From an uncultured Chloroflexia bacterium (GTDB taxonomy: Bacteria > Chloroflexota > Limnocylindria > Limnocylindrales > CSP1-4): a DNA stretch of 64,000 bases. Within the stretch, counting starts at the first letter, position 1, and each line of letters begins with the position of its first letter. The stretch lies in contig CAWEZH010000003.1 of NCBI GenBank assembly GCA_963813535.1, positions 672,001 through 736,000 of the forward strand, in the 5' to 3' direction. The notes below the pieces were generated by a model, which saw only the letters and a program-made list of their open reading frames with translations, was not told where the DNA came from and ran no database searches. This document shows, in pieces, positions 9,488-19,496 of this stretch. A program made the position numbers and the translations under genes.

Positions 9488-11316
9488 GCCACCCATCGGC
9501 GCAGCGCGACCGCGGCGGGCGATCCGGCCTCGCCGGGCAGCGGCGGGTCGGCATCGCGCTCGATGCCATCGATGAACGTGATCACGAGGTCTTCGTCGAG
9601 CTGCGTTCCTGCCGCGTCGCCGAGGCGGACGAGAGCCTCGCGCATGTCGAGCGCCTTGCGGTACGGACGCGTCGTCGTCATCGCGGAGAACGCATCGGCG
9701 ACCGCCAGGATCCGCGCGATCTTCGGGATCTCCTCGCCGGCCAGGCGGTCCAGGTAGCCCTGGCCGTCCCAGCGCTCGTGGTGATGACGGATGCCCGCAC
9801 GCACGGCGTCGATGTCGGGCAGGTCGCGGACGATCATGTCGCCAAGGGCGACATGCTGCTGGACGATCGCGTACTCGGCATCCGTCAGGTGCCCGGGCTT
9901 GCGCAGGATCGCGTCCGGGATGCCGATCTTGCCGATGTCATGGAGTCGGCCGGCCAGTTCGATCGTCCGGATCTCCTCGGGCGACAGACCGATCCGACGG
10001 GCGATGAACGTGGCGTAGCGCGCCACATCCTCCGAATGCCGCTTCGTATAGCGGTCCTTGGTGTCGACGGCGATGACGAGACCCTGCAACACGTCGAAGC
10101 TGGTGTTGGCCGCGGGGTCCTCGCCGATGCGGTCGGCGGCATGGCGGACGGTATCGCCACCGCTCGCCTTGGCCTCCTCCAGCATCCGGGCGGCAACGGC
10201 GAGCAGCGCCGTGACCGACGACGCGTGCTCGGGATACGTGGCGAGTCCGACGCTCACGGTGATGGGCAGCCGCTCGGTCTCGTCGAACCGGAGGCTCAGG
10301 TCGACGAGCGCGGTCCGCAGGCGGGTCACGACGGGCTCCAGATGGGTCACGGCCGTCGGATCCGCGACGAGCAGGAACTCGTCGGGTCCGTAGCGACCGA
10401 ACTCCATCCCGGGCTCGATGTGCTCGCGAAGCGTCGCAGCGACCGCCAGGAGCGCCTCGTCTCCGGCGGCATGACCGTGGTTGTCGTTGAGGAGCCGGAA
10501 GTTGTCGATGTCGATGAGGGCGATGCCGATCGGCCGGACCTCCGCACGGCCACGCTCGATCTCCTGGGCGAGATAGCCGACGAGCGCGCCGTGGTTGAGC
10601 GTTTCCGTCAGCGGGTCGCGGTGCGTCGCCTCGAGGAGGGCCTCCGTCTGGCGCGTGAGCCGCGCCTGCGCGGACCGGAACACCAGGAACAGCAACCCCG
10701 CCGCGACGATGCCGGCAGACAGCGTGACGATGACGATCTCGCGCCGCATCGCTTCGAGCCGCTCGACGATCGGCACGCCGTCGCGCCAGATGCCGACCAC
10801 GCCGAGGACCTCGCCATCGACGCTGAGTGGCAGGAACTCGCGCAGCAGTGTCGGCGAGGTGAACGCCCCGGGGCCGGCGCCTGCCTCGCTGGCCGGCCCG
10901 ATGGCCGCCTGCGGCTTTCCGCCCAAGGCCAGACCGAACTCGGCGGTCCCGGGGGCGGCGACGCCGCTCATCCCAGGTTCGCTCGCGGCGACGATCGTCC
11001 CATCGGCGCGGCGAAGCTCCACCCGAAGGATCTCGCCCGCTCGGGGCAACGTGGCGAGCTGCGCCTCGAGCCGCTCGATCTCGGTCGCGGCCGGGGACCG
11101 TATCGAGGAGAGGTCGTCAGGCGTGATGTAGGCGTTGACGAACGAGCGGATCGTCGCCGCGTCGCTCCCGACCAGCCCGGTCAAGGTCGCGGTCGAGAAA
11201 TGGGCTCCTGCCAGGACCGACTGGGCGGTCGCGGCGGCACCCACGATGGCCAGGAAGGCGCCGTAGACCAGGATCAGGAGGACCGGGCGCGGCGGCCGGG
11301 CGCGAGTGCCGAACAA
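9484..11316 (-). CDS. Membrane-bound GGDEF (degenerate GPDEF) plus HD-GYP protein
   Basis: Two TMs; DIDNF..NDNHGHAAGD..RYGPDEF; HDIGK..HHERWDGQGY; start uncertain. Confidence 0.9.
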   Translation of the reverse strand: MFGTRARPPRPVLLILVYGAFLAIVGAAATAQSVLAGAHFSTATLTGLVGSDAATIRSFVNAYITPDDLSSIRSPAATEIERLEAQLATLPRAGEILRVELRRADGTIVAASEPGMSGVAAPGTAEFGLALGGKPQAAIGPASEAGAGPGAFTSPTLLREFLPLSVDGEVLGVVGIWRDGVPIVERLEAMRREIVIVTLSAGIVAAGLLFLVFRSAQARLTRQTEALLEATHRDPLTETLNHGALVGYLAQEIERGRAEVRPIGIALIDIDNFRLLNDNHGHAAGDEALLAVAATLREHIEPGMEFGRYGPDEFLLVADPTAVTHLEPVVTRLRTALVDLSLRFDETERLPITVSVGLATYPEHASSVTALLAVAARMLEEAKASGGDTVRHAADRIGEDPAANTSFDVLQGLVIAVDTKDRYTKRHSEDVARYATFIARRIGLSPEEIRTIELAGRLHDIGKIGIPDAILRKPGHLTDAEYAIVQQHVALGDMIVRDLPDIDAVRAGIRHHHERWDGQGYLDRLAGEEIPKIARILAVADAFSAMTTTRPYRKALDMREALVRLGDAAGTQLDEDLVITFIDGIERDADPPLPGEAGSPAAVALRRWVA

Positions 11317-11530
11317 CCTCGATGATCCCTCGACTGCGTGGCCCTCGTGGGTACGCCCGACTGTAGGCACGGGGATCGTGGGACCCGCATGGGACGATGG
11401 TCCCGGTGGGGACCGGTGGGGACCGGCGGCGAGCGTGGACGTGGCGCGCACGCACCACGAAGCGCGCGCGAGCCGCCCTTCTGCCGTGTCGATCAGTGGC
11501 GCTCATGCGCCGACGGTCACGCGGCGGCGA

Positions 11531-12184
11531 TCAGGCGGAGGCGGTCCCACGCTCGTAGAGGACGACCCGCCAGACGAATGTCCGCGCCTCGCGCACGGGT
11601 CGAAGCCCGGCATCCGCGACCACCGCGTCCACCCGCGCATTCGAGTGGACGAACGACCGATACGCGAACCCGCGAAGCCGGAACCAGATGTTCGCGAGGC
11701 GCAGGCCCCAGCGGACGATCGCGCGGTCGCGCGGGAGCACGAGGCCGTACAGCGAGCGCGCCCGTGCGGCCGACAGCCCGACCAGCGCGTCCATGTCGGG
11801 ATAGCAGCAGACGACGCGATCGAGCGTGACGATATCGGCCGTATCGATGGTGGGCGCGCGCGCGACGAAGTCGCCGTCGACGAAGTCGATCCGGTCGAGA
11901 TGCCCGCGTCGCCGCGCCTCCGACCGGGCGGCTTCGAGCGACGGCGGCGAGGCGTCGACGAGCACCGCGTGGCCCACTCCCGCGCGCATCAGCTCGTGGT
12001 CGATCACGCCGATCCCCGCACCGATATCGAGGACGGTCGCGCCGCGGACGCCGCGAGCCTGGATCATGTCGAGCAGCATCCGCGTCGTCGTGTCGGGTCC
12101 GGCACGCCGGTATCGCTCGACGTCATGTTTGGCGGTCGAGCCGTCGAAGATCTCGAACCCTTCGTCGCAACCGCACGCGTCCAT
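11531..12184 (-). CDS. Class I SAM methyltransferase (BchM-like)
   Basis: VLDIGAGIG; DIVTLDRVVCCYPD. Confidence 0.85.
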   Translation of the reverse strand: MDACGCDEGFEIFDGSTAKHDVERYRRAGPDTTTRMLLDMIQARGVRGATVLDIGAGIGVIDHELMRAGVGHAVLVDASPPSLEAARSEARRRGHLDRIDFVDGDFVARAPTIDTADIVTLDRVVCCYPDMDALVGLSAARARSLYGLVLPRDRAIVRWGLRLANIWFRLRGFAYRSFVHSNARVDAVVADAGLRPVREARTFVWRVVLYERGTASA

Positions 12185-12203
12185 CGAGGTCCTCGCTCGC
12201 GGG

Positions 12204-13298
12204 TCAGCTGCCGAAGATGGACTCGAGCTCGAACGGGATCGTCGTCTCGAGCTGGTCGTAGCGGCAGGCATCTGGTGGCTTGTCCGGACGCCAGCGCTTG
12301 AACGTCGTGGCGTGGCGGAAGCGGCTGCCCTGGAGGTGATCGTAGGCCACCTCGACGACGCGCTCGATGCGGAGCGGCTCCCAGGAGAGGTCCTTGCCGC
12401 GGTTCCAGCGAGACGTCGCCCCGGGCAGCCGCTGACCGGACGCCTCGGCGTCGCCGGCGCTGGCCCACTCGGCCCATTCCTGCCACGGGTGGCCCTCGAC
12501 CGCGTTCTCGCGGAGCGGTGCGAGCTCCTCGACGAGCTCGGCCCGGCGGTCCCATGAGAACGATGAGGTGATGCCGACATGGTTGAGCTTGCCCGAGTCG
12601 TCGTACAGGCCCAGGAGCAGCGATCCGATATGGGTGCCCGGCCCGTTCTTGTGCCAACGGAACCCGGCGACGACGCAGTCGGCCGTCCGCTGATGCTTGA
12701 TCTTGAGCATCGCTCGCTTGCCCGGCTGGTACGGGGCGTCGAGCCGCTTCGCGATGACGCCGTCGAGACCGGCGCCCTCGAAGCGATCGAACCAGTCGGC
12801 CGCCATCGACCGGTCCTTCGTCGCGGGCGTCAGGTGGACGGGCGGCTGTACGCCTCTGAGCGCCGACTCGAGCTTCGCCCGACGCTCCGCCTGCGGCATG
12901 TCCCGCAGATCCTCGTCCCCGAGCGCGAGGAGGTCCCAGGCCACGAAACTTGACGGCGACTCTGCCGCAAGCATGTTGACCCGCGACGCGGCCGGGTGGA
13001 TCCGCAGGAGCAGCGCCTCGAAGTCGAGCGCGCCGTCACGGGCGATGACCACCTCGCCGTCGACGATGCACCGATCCGGCAGGGCGGCACGGAGCGGCTC
13101 GGCCAACTCGGGGAAGTACCGGTCCAGGGGCTTCAGGTCACGCGACTGCGTGTACACCTCGTCGCCGTCGCGGAACACGATGGCCCGGAACCCGTCCCAC
13201 TTCGGTTCGAACAGCCAGCCGTCGCCCTCGGGCAGGCCATCGACCGCCTTGGCGAGCATCGGCTCGATCGGCGGAGCGACGGGCAAGTTCACGGCCAT
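12204..13298 (-). CDS. ligC: ATP-dependent DNA ligase, LigC type
   Basis: EPKWDGFR, DGE, GLDGVIAK, KIKHQRTADCVV, RFRHATTFKRWRPDK. Confidence 0.92.
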   Translation of the reverse strand: MAVNLPVAPPIEPMLAKAVDGLPEGDGWLFEPKWDGFRAIVFRDGDEVYTQSRDLKPLDRYFPELAEPLRAALPDRCIVDGEVVIARDGALDFEALLLRIHPAASRVNMLAAESPSSFVAWDLLALGDEDLRDMPQAERRAKLESALRGVQPPVHLTPATKDRSMAADWFDRFEGAGLDGVIAKRLDAPYQPGKRAMLKIKHQRTADCVVAGFRWHKNGPGTHIGSLLLGLYDDSGKLNHVGITSSFSWDRRAELVEELAPLRENAVEGHPWQEWAEWASAGDAEASGQRLPGATSRWNRGKDLSWEPLRIERVVEVAYDHLQGSRFRHATTFKRWRPDKPPDACRYDQLETTIPFELESIFGS

Positions 13299-13454
13299 GC
13301 CCCGAGTGTAGGCGAGGCGCTGCGTCGGGGGAGGCTTGCGACGTGGGGACGGCCGTCGCGATGCGGCCGTGGCGGAACCATGGTCGAGGCGCCAGCGTCC
13401 CCGTGGTGCCGCGCGCGACCATCCCGGCCGCGAGGCGCCTACGGAGGACGCGCG

Positions 13455-14393
13455 ATGCGTGCCAACCGATCATCACTGCCGTTCGCGGCGCTCATCATCC
13501 TGTCCGTCGTCGCCATCGTCGGATGCGCCGGCGCCTCGTCAGCGCTTGCCCCTGTCGGCGCACCGGTCGATGGAGGCGCGGCCTACGGCGGCGCCAGCGC
13601 CGCGCCGAGCGCGGCCGCCGCTCCGGACGGCGAGCCGACCTCGCCGGACCAGGTCGGCAACCTCGTCGACGACGCCAAGATCGTCCGGACCGGATCGATG
13701 GAGGTGGAGGTCGGCGACGTGCCCGCGGCACTGCTCACCGTCCGTGACGGGATCCGGGCGATGGGCGGCTACATCGGGGCGTCGGAGACGCAGACCCTCG
13801 ACGATCGGCCCGTCGCGACGATCACGTATCGCATCCCGGTCGACCGCTGGGAAGACGCGCTCGACCTGTTGCGCGGGATCGCCGGCGACGCCAAGAACGT
13901 GTTGAACGAGCGGACCCAGTCCGTCGAGGTGACCGGCGCGGTCGTCGACCTCGAGGCGAGGATCAGGAACCTGCGCTCCAGCGAGATCGCCCTGCAGGAC
14001 ATCTCGGCGAAGGCTGCCCGCGTGTCGGACGTGCTCGAGGTGCAGGCCCAGCTCACCGCGGTGCGCGGCCAGATCGAGCAGCTCACGGCCCAGCTGACCC
14101 AGCTCAACGACCAGGCGTCCTACGCCACACTCGACGTCACGTTCAGCACGCCCGTCGTGGCGGTCCAGGTCGCCGCCGAAGGGTGGCAGCCGGCGGTCGT
14201 CGTCGACGAGGCGACCGCGAGCCTGGTGGAGATCCTGCAGTCGCTCACGACCGCCGGCATCTGGTTCGCGATCGTGTGGCTGCCGGTCCTGTTGCTGATC
14301 GGCGGTGTCGCGCTCGTGGTCGCGATGATCCTGCGCCGGCTCGGCGTGGTCCGGCTCGGGGGACGTCCGGGAGGCGCACCGGCCGCCGGATAG
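13455..14393 (+). CDS. DUF4349 lipoprotein
   Basis: Lipobox IVGC; KIVRTGSM.., VVDLEARIRNL, VRGQIEQL; C-terminal TM; GGAGG RBS. Confidence 0.85.
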   Translation: MRANRSSLPFAALIILSVVAIVGCAGASSALAPVGAPVDGGAAYGGASAAPSAAAAPDGEPTSPDQVGNLVDDAKIVRTGSMEVEVGDVPAALLTVRDGIRAMGGYIGASETQTLDDRPVATITYRIPVDRWEDALDLLRGIAGDAKNVLNERTQSVEVTGAVVDLEARIRNLRSSEIALQDISAKAARVSDVLEVQAQLTAVRGQIEQLTAQLTQLNDQASYATLDVTFSTPVVAVQVAAEGWQPAVVVDEATASLVEILQSLTTAGIWFAIVWLPVLLLIGGVALVVAMILRRLGVVRLGGRPGGAPAAG

Positions 14394-14425
14394 CACAGGC
14401 GGTCGGTCGTGGCACGATGGGGTCC

Positions 14426-15246
14426 ATGACCGACCAGGTCGATCGATTCGACGAGATGGCCGCCGGCTACGAGCGGTGGTGGGCACCCGTGCTCGCTCCG
14501 AGCGCGGTCGCGCTGCTCGACGACCTTGCGCCGCTCGTGGACCGCGGGGCGGTGGAGATCCTCGACGTGGGGGTCGGGACGGGCAACCTTGCCCGTCCCG
14601 CGCTCGCCCGCTGGCCGGGCATCCGGGTGACCGGGGTCGACGCGTCGAGCGAGATGGTCGGTGCTGTCGAAGCGCTCCTCGGGGCGAGCGGTGACGGCTT
14701 CCGGGAGCGCTTCACGGGGACCGTGGCGTTCGCCGCCGAGATGCCGTTCCCCGATCGCACGTTCGATGCCGCGATGTCCTCCTTCGTCCTCCAGCTCGTC
14801 CCGAGCCGAGCAAGGCGCTGCGGGAGATCCGGCGCGTGCTACGACCCGACGGCCACTTCGCCTACGTGACCTGGCTCGTCGATGAGCGGGCATTCCCGCC
14901 TGACCGCGTCTTCGATGCGCTGCTCGACGAGTTCGGGTTCGACGAAGAGGAGGATCGGCCGCGGATCGGCGATGTGCCATCCGTCGACCGGGCGGCCGCG
15001 GAGCTACGTCGCGCCGGGTTCCGCGATGTCACGGCGTCCAGGGCGCTGCTCGACCACGCGTTCAGCGTCGAGAGCTACATCGCCTTCCTGACCGAGTTCG
15101 ACGAGGTGTCGCTCTTCGACGAGATGGACCGGCGTGACCGCCGCCGCTTCCTCGCGCTCCTGCGCGAACGGCTGATGGGGCTCGACCCGGACCAGCTCCA
15201 TTTCAAGGCCGGCATCGTGTACGCGTCTGGCGTCCGCTCCGACTAG
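14426..15246 (+). CDS. Class I SAM methyltransferase (frameshift near 14815)
   Basis: ILDVGVGTG..MPFPDRTFDAAMSSFVLQLV, continuing as ALREIRRVLRPDG in the next frame. Confidence 0.85.
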
Positions 15247-15257
15247 CCGGACGCCGG

Positions 15258-16421
15258 CTAGACGACCTTCTCGTCAGGCAGCGCCTCGACGTACTCGGTC
15301 CCCAGCCGTGCGGCGTCATACGCCTTCCCGACAAGGTGGTGATAGGGCACGCCGCTGAACTGGTGGTGCGAGCGGGTCGGGATGTCGGCCGACGGATCCC
15401 ACTCCTTGCGCTGGAGCTCGATGTAGCCCTGTTCCTGGCGATCCGCCATCGCCGAGAGCAGCGTCGACAGGCCGTGGCCGTTCGCGTGCTGGCCGCCGAG
15501 CGTGATGAAGATGAAGCCGACGCCCATGTCGCCGAGCTCGGCGAAGGTCATCGGCTGCGGGTCGTTGAACCACTTGAACGAGCTCGAATAGTTGAACGCG
15601 AAGCGCGCCTCCGGGAAGCGCTTCCGGATCTCGCTCGTGAACGTCTCGACCGGCTCGCGATCGGACGTCGGGAATTCGCACCACAACAGGTCCGGGATGC
15701 CGCTGTCGAGGTAGCGGAGACCTCGGTCGACCGCGAGGTCCATGCCACGCTCCGGTTGTGGCGCATCGATCGCGGACAGCCCGTCGGTCCGGGCGATGAC
15801 GACGAAGTCGGCGTTGCCCAGGTCGTCGGCGACAGCCCGCATCATCCGCAGCTTGCCGACCATCTCGGACGTGGGCACGAGCGCTTTTCCGCCGATATGC
15901 CCGCAGCGCTTCGGGAGGACCTGGTCCTCGAGGTGGGCGGCCGCGACCCCCGCCGTCACCAGCAGCTCGGTCTGGCGCTGGACATTGAAGATGTTCCCGT
16001 AGCCAGCGTCCATGTCGACGATGACCGGCGGGATGTCGAAGAGCCGCGGACCGACGCCCTTCTCCGGGTCGCCCACCGCGGCGGTGAGCTGGTACTTGCG
16101 CAGGGCCGAGACGGTGCGGCGCGCGCCGTCGGCGATCTCCGGGCCGCTGTACAGGTCCATGTCGGTCGTGCCGAGGTGGCCGATCGCGAACGAGTAGCCT
16201 GAGAAGTAGACGGCCTTGAACCCGTGGTGCATGACGAGCTGGGCGCCCATGGGGTCGTACACGCCCGGACCGAACAGGTAGGGCTCGGTGCGGAGCAGCT
16301 CGCGCATGCGGACCGACGGGTGGACCCAGCGCGACGGCGGGACACCGTAGCCCTCAGGGAGGAGTGGGGTCGAGACGAGATCCGGAGAGCCCGACGTCGG
16401 GCGCGGTGCGGTGGCGGTCAT
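15258..16421 (-). CDS. aceA: Isocitrate lyase (short type)
   Basis: DMDAGYG, HLEDQVLPKRCGH, IARTD, NYSSSFKW, FITLGGQH. Confidence 0.8.
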   Translation of the reverse strand: MTATAPRPTSGSPDLVSTPLLPEGYGVPPSRWVHPSVRMRELLRTEPYLFGPGVYDPMGAQLVMHHGFKAVYFSGYSFAIGHLGTTDMDLYSGPEIADGARRTVSALRKYQLTAAVGDPEKGVGPRLFDIPPVIVDMDAGYGNIFNVQRQTELLVTAGVAAAHLEDQVLPKRCGHIGGKALVPTSEMVGKLRMMRAVADDLGNADFVVIARTDGLSAIDAPQPERGMDLAVDRGLRYLDSGIPDLLWCEFPTSDREPVETFTSEIRKRFPEARFAFNYSSSFKWFNDPQPMTFAELGDMGVGFIFITLGGQHANGHGLSTLLSAMADRQEQGYIELQRKEWDPSADIPTRSHHQFSGVPYHHLVGKAYDAARLGTEYVEALPDEKVV

Positions 16422-16432
16422 GGTGCGATGGC

Positions 16433-16726
16433 CTATTCGTTCGCGTGGTCGCGTTCGCAGAAGTCCGGGCACGCACAGTCGGCCAGGACGGCTGCGGGAG
16501 CGATGCCCGCCGGTAGGTGGCCCGTCATCGCGGCCATGACGACCGGCATCGGCCGGACGGTTCGTGGCGTCGGCACGCCCTCGGACACCGGCGAGCCACC
16601 GTCGAACGCGATGAGCTCGATGCGCTCCGAGGCGTCCTCGTCGACCCCGAGGATCCATGTGCGTGATGGCAGGGCGGCATCACGGAAGTCGATCGTGATG
16701 CGGCTCGGAACGGCGGTCGGGCTCAT
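16433..16726 (-). CDS. Small hypothetical protein ending in CACPDFCERDHANE
   Basis: GAGGAG RBS before ATG; stop 11 nt upstream of the aceA start. Confidence 0.7.
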   Translation of the reverse strand: MSPTAVPSRITIDFRDAALPSRTWILGVDEDASERIELIAFDGGSPVSEGVPTPRTVRPMPVVMAAMTGHLPAGIAPAAVLADCACPDFCERDHANE

Positions 16727-16821
16727 GGCGGTTCTCCTCGCGTTCGGCGCCATGGGGGTGGCGAGGGAGCTAGGCTAGACCCGTTCCGGTCATCAGTCCA
16801 ATCGAATGATGTGATGCCAAC

Positions 16822-16838
16822 TATCAACATCATTGATA
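16822..16838. promoter_or_regulatory. LysR recognition site
   Basis: Dyad TATCAA-N5-TTGATA containing T-N11-A in the AT-rich divergent intergenic region. Confidence 0.7.
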
Positions 16839-16858
16839 CCTCAGCGTAAGATGCCTGG

Positions 16859-17827
16859 ATGCTGCTCAGCCAGATCGAAGGCTTCCTCGAGACCGCTCGC
16901 CACCGCAACCTGAGCCGGGCCGCCGAGGCGCTGCACGTCACGCAGCCCGCCCTGACGGCCAGGATCCAGACGCTCGAAACCGAGCTTGGGACGCCACTCT
17001 TCGTGCGTGGCAGGCACGGGATGGATCTCACCGACGCCGGCCGGGCATTCATGCCGTACGCCGAACGCGCGATCGGCGCGCTCGACGCGGGAGCCAGCCT
17101 CCTGATCGAGCTGCGTCGGGGCGGCACCGGCGAGCTCGTGCTCGGGGCGGCGCCCGCCGTCAGCACGTACGTCCTGCCGGCACTCCTCGTCCGCTACGCA
17201 CGCCGATACCCGAACGTTCGCCTCGTCGTCCGCACCGGGCACTCGGAGGAGATCCTCGACCTGACCGTGCGCCGCGAGATCGACCTCGGGCTGGTACGCG
17301 AACTGCGACACCCGGACATCGAATCCGTGCCGCTCTACGAGGACGAGCTCGTGCTCGTCGCGGCGGGCACGCACCGCTTCGGCGATCGGACGACCGTCGG
17401 GATCCACGAGCTCGAGGGTGCCCGATTGATCCTGTTCGACCGGACATCGAGCTACTACGAGTTGACGAACGCGTTCTTTCGTGAGGCCGGTGTCGCCCCG
17501 GGCGGGATCATGGAGCTCGACAACATCGACGCGGCCAAGCAGATGGTCGGACAGGGGCTGGGCATCGCTCTCTTGCCCCACACGTCGGTGGCCTCGGAGC
17601 TGGCCGACGGCCGGCTGCGCGCGATCGACATCGAGGGCTCGGCACCGATCCGTCGCCGGATGGTGGCGATCCGTCGGCGGGACATCGGTCCGCCGTCAGG
17701 GCCGGTCGCGGGCTTCCTCGACGTCCTGGGATCCGTGGAGGATGTCCTCCCGGCCAGGCCGGCTCCGGCCGCGGGAACGCCGGGCGATCGACGACGTCGA
17801 CCACCCGGCGACGAGGGACGCGACTAG
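16859..17827 (+). CDS. LysR-family regulator
   Basis: NLSRAAEALHVTQPALTARIQTLETELG; substrate-binding domain. Confidence 0.95.
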   Translation: MLLSQIEGFLETARHRNLSRAAEALHVTQPALTARIQTLETELGTPLFVRGRHGMDLTDAGRAFMPYAERAIGALDAGASLLIELRRGGTGELVLGAAPAVSTYVLPALLVRYARRYPNVRLVVRTGHSEEILDLTVRREIDLGLVRELRHPDIESVPLYEDELVLVAAGTHRFGDRTTVGIHELEGARLILFDRTSSYYELTNAFFREAGVAPGGIMELDNIDAAKQMVGQGLGIALLPHTSVASELADGRLRAIDIEGSAPIRRRMVAIRRRDIGPPSGPVAGFLDVLGSVEDVLPARPAPAAGTPGDRRRRPPGDEGRD

Positions 17828-17916
17828 GTCGCCGGTGTCGGCGAGCTCGGCGACGGGTCGGCCGACTGGCCATCCGAAGCTGATGGTGGGGCATGGAGAA
17901 GACCGGGCGTGAGGGA

Positions 17917-18624
17917 TCAGCCCTCCTCGGAGGAACCCCCCTCGGACGACTCGCCACCCGAGGCCTCGCCTTCGGCAGCACCCTCGCCAGCGGCAGCGGC
18001 CTCGCCCTCCTCGCCTTCGAGCTCCTCGCCCTCGGCGACGACCGGCTCCTCCTCGACCTCGATCCGCGGCTGCTGGACCTTGGCGATGATCTCGTCGGGA
18101 TCGTTGAGCAGCGTCACGTCCGACGGGATCGTCAGGTCGCTCACGTGGAGTGCCACGTCGAAGTCCACCAGCGATTCGACCGAATACTCGATCGACTGTG
18201 GCAGGTGGTCGGGCAGCGCCCGGATCCGGACCGACTCGGTCGGATGGAGCAGGGTCCCGCCGAGCTGGATGACGGCAGGCGAATCGCCGACGGCCACGAG
18301 CGGCACGTCGACCGTCAGCTCCTCGGTCATGCGGACGAGGAACAGGTCCGCGTGCAGCGGACGGCGGTTGACCGGGTGGATCTGGACGCCCTGGATGAGG
18401 ACGGGGTCGGCCTTCTTGCCGTCGACCGAGAGGTCGATCAGGGCGTTCGGCCCGACGTGTTTGCGCAGCAGGTCGAATGCGTGGGCGTCAACCGTCAGAT
18501 TGGCCGAATCCACGCCATGGCCATACACGACGGCCGGTAGGAGGCCGGCCTTGCGGAGCCGGTTGACGGCCTTGCCGGTCACCTCGCGGTGCTCTGCTGC
18601 CAGCGTCGGGCGGGCGGTTGCCAT
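17917..18624 (-). CDS. rplY: 50S ribosomal protein L25/Ctc
   Basis: GKAVNRLRKAGLLPAVVYG..QIHPV..HADLF; acidic tail. Confidence 0.95.
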   Translation of the reverse strand: MATARPTLAAEHREVTGKAVNRLRKAGLLPAVVYGHGVDSANLTVDAHAFDLLRKHVGPNALIDLSVDGKKADPVLIQGVQIHPVNRRPLHADLFLVRMTEELTVDVPLVAVGDSPAVIQLGGTLLHPTESVRIRALPDHLPQSIEYSVESLVDFDVALHVSDLTIPSDVTLLNDPDEIIAKVQQPRIEVEEEPVVAEGEELEGEEGEAAAAGEGAAEGEASGGESSEGGSSEEG

Positions 18625-18790
18625 GGAGTCGGACCTCGAGTTCATTGATCTGGTGATGCGGGCTGCGGCTCGCCGGCGGGCCGGTTGTGGCGAGGCGCCC
18701 GGAGCGGTGCGCAGGATACCACGGAGCGGCGTCGGCGCCGACGCTGCGCATCGGCGCCCAAGATCCTCGGCTCGGAGTAGCATCCCCCGC

Positions 18791-19489
18791 GTGAGTGCGA
18801 CCATCTTGATCGTCGAGGACGAGTACGCGGTCGCGCGAGGGATCCAGTACGCGCTCCAGCAGGAGGGGTACGACGTCGGCGTCGCCCGGTCCGGCGAGGA
18901 GGGGCTTGAGATCGCCACGCGTGAGGCACCGGACCTCGTGGTGCTCGACGTCCGCCTGCCCGGCATCGACGGCTTCGAGGTGCTTCGTCGCATCCGTGCA
19001 GCGAGCGGCAAGATGCCGATCCTCGTCCTGACCGCCCGCGACGACGAGGTCGACAAGGTCATCGGCCTCGAGCTGGGTGCGGACGACTACCTGACCAAGC
19101 CCTACAGCCTGCGCGAGCTGCTGAGCCGCATCAAGGCGCTGCTCCGGCGGTCGTACGGCGACCTGGCCGATGCGGCGGGCGGCCGGGTGCTCCGCCATCG
19201 CGATCTCATCATCGATCTCGAGCGGCGTCGCGTGCAGCGCGGTGACCGGCGGATCAGTCTCACCCCGACCGAGTTCGAGATCCTCCGCCACTTGGCCTCA
19301 CGACCCGGACGCGTGTACACGCGCTCCGAGCTGCTCGAGCTCCTGCGCGACTACGAGGCGCTCGACCAGGACGAGAAGACGATCAACGTCCACGTCAGCC
19401 ACCTCCGCGAGAAGATCGAGGACGATCCGGCGACACCGGCGTTCGTCCTGACCGTGCGGGGCGTCGGGTACGCCTTCGCAGAACGCTGA
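18791..19489 (+). CDS. OmpR/PhoB-family response regulator
   Basis: ILIVEDE..LDVRLP..GADDYLTKP..LTPTEF..TVRGVGY. Confidence 0.95.
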   Translation: MSATILIVEDEYAVARGIQYALQQEGYDVGVARSGEEGLEIATREAPDLVVLDVRLPGIDGFEVLRRIRAASGKMPILVLTARDDEVDKVIGLELGADDYLTKPYSLRELLSRIKALLRRSYGDLADAAGGRVLRHRDLIIDLERRRVQRGDRRISLTPTEFEILRHLASRPGRVYTRSELLELLRDYEALDQDEKTINVHVSHLREKIEDDPATPAFVLTVRGVGYAFAER

Positions 19490-19496
19490 CCGGCCG

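Noticed and set aside
11531-12184. bchM as evidence of phototrophy
   Set aside because: No other bch or puf genes; generic methyltransferase homolog
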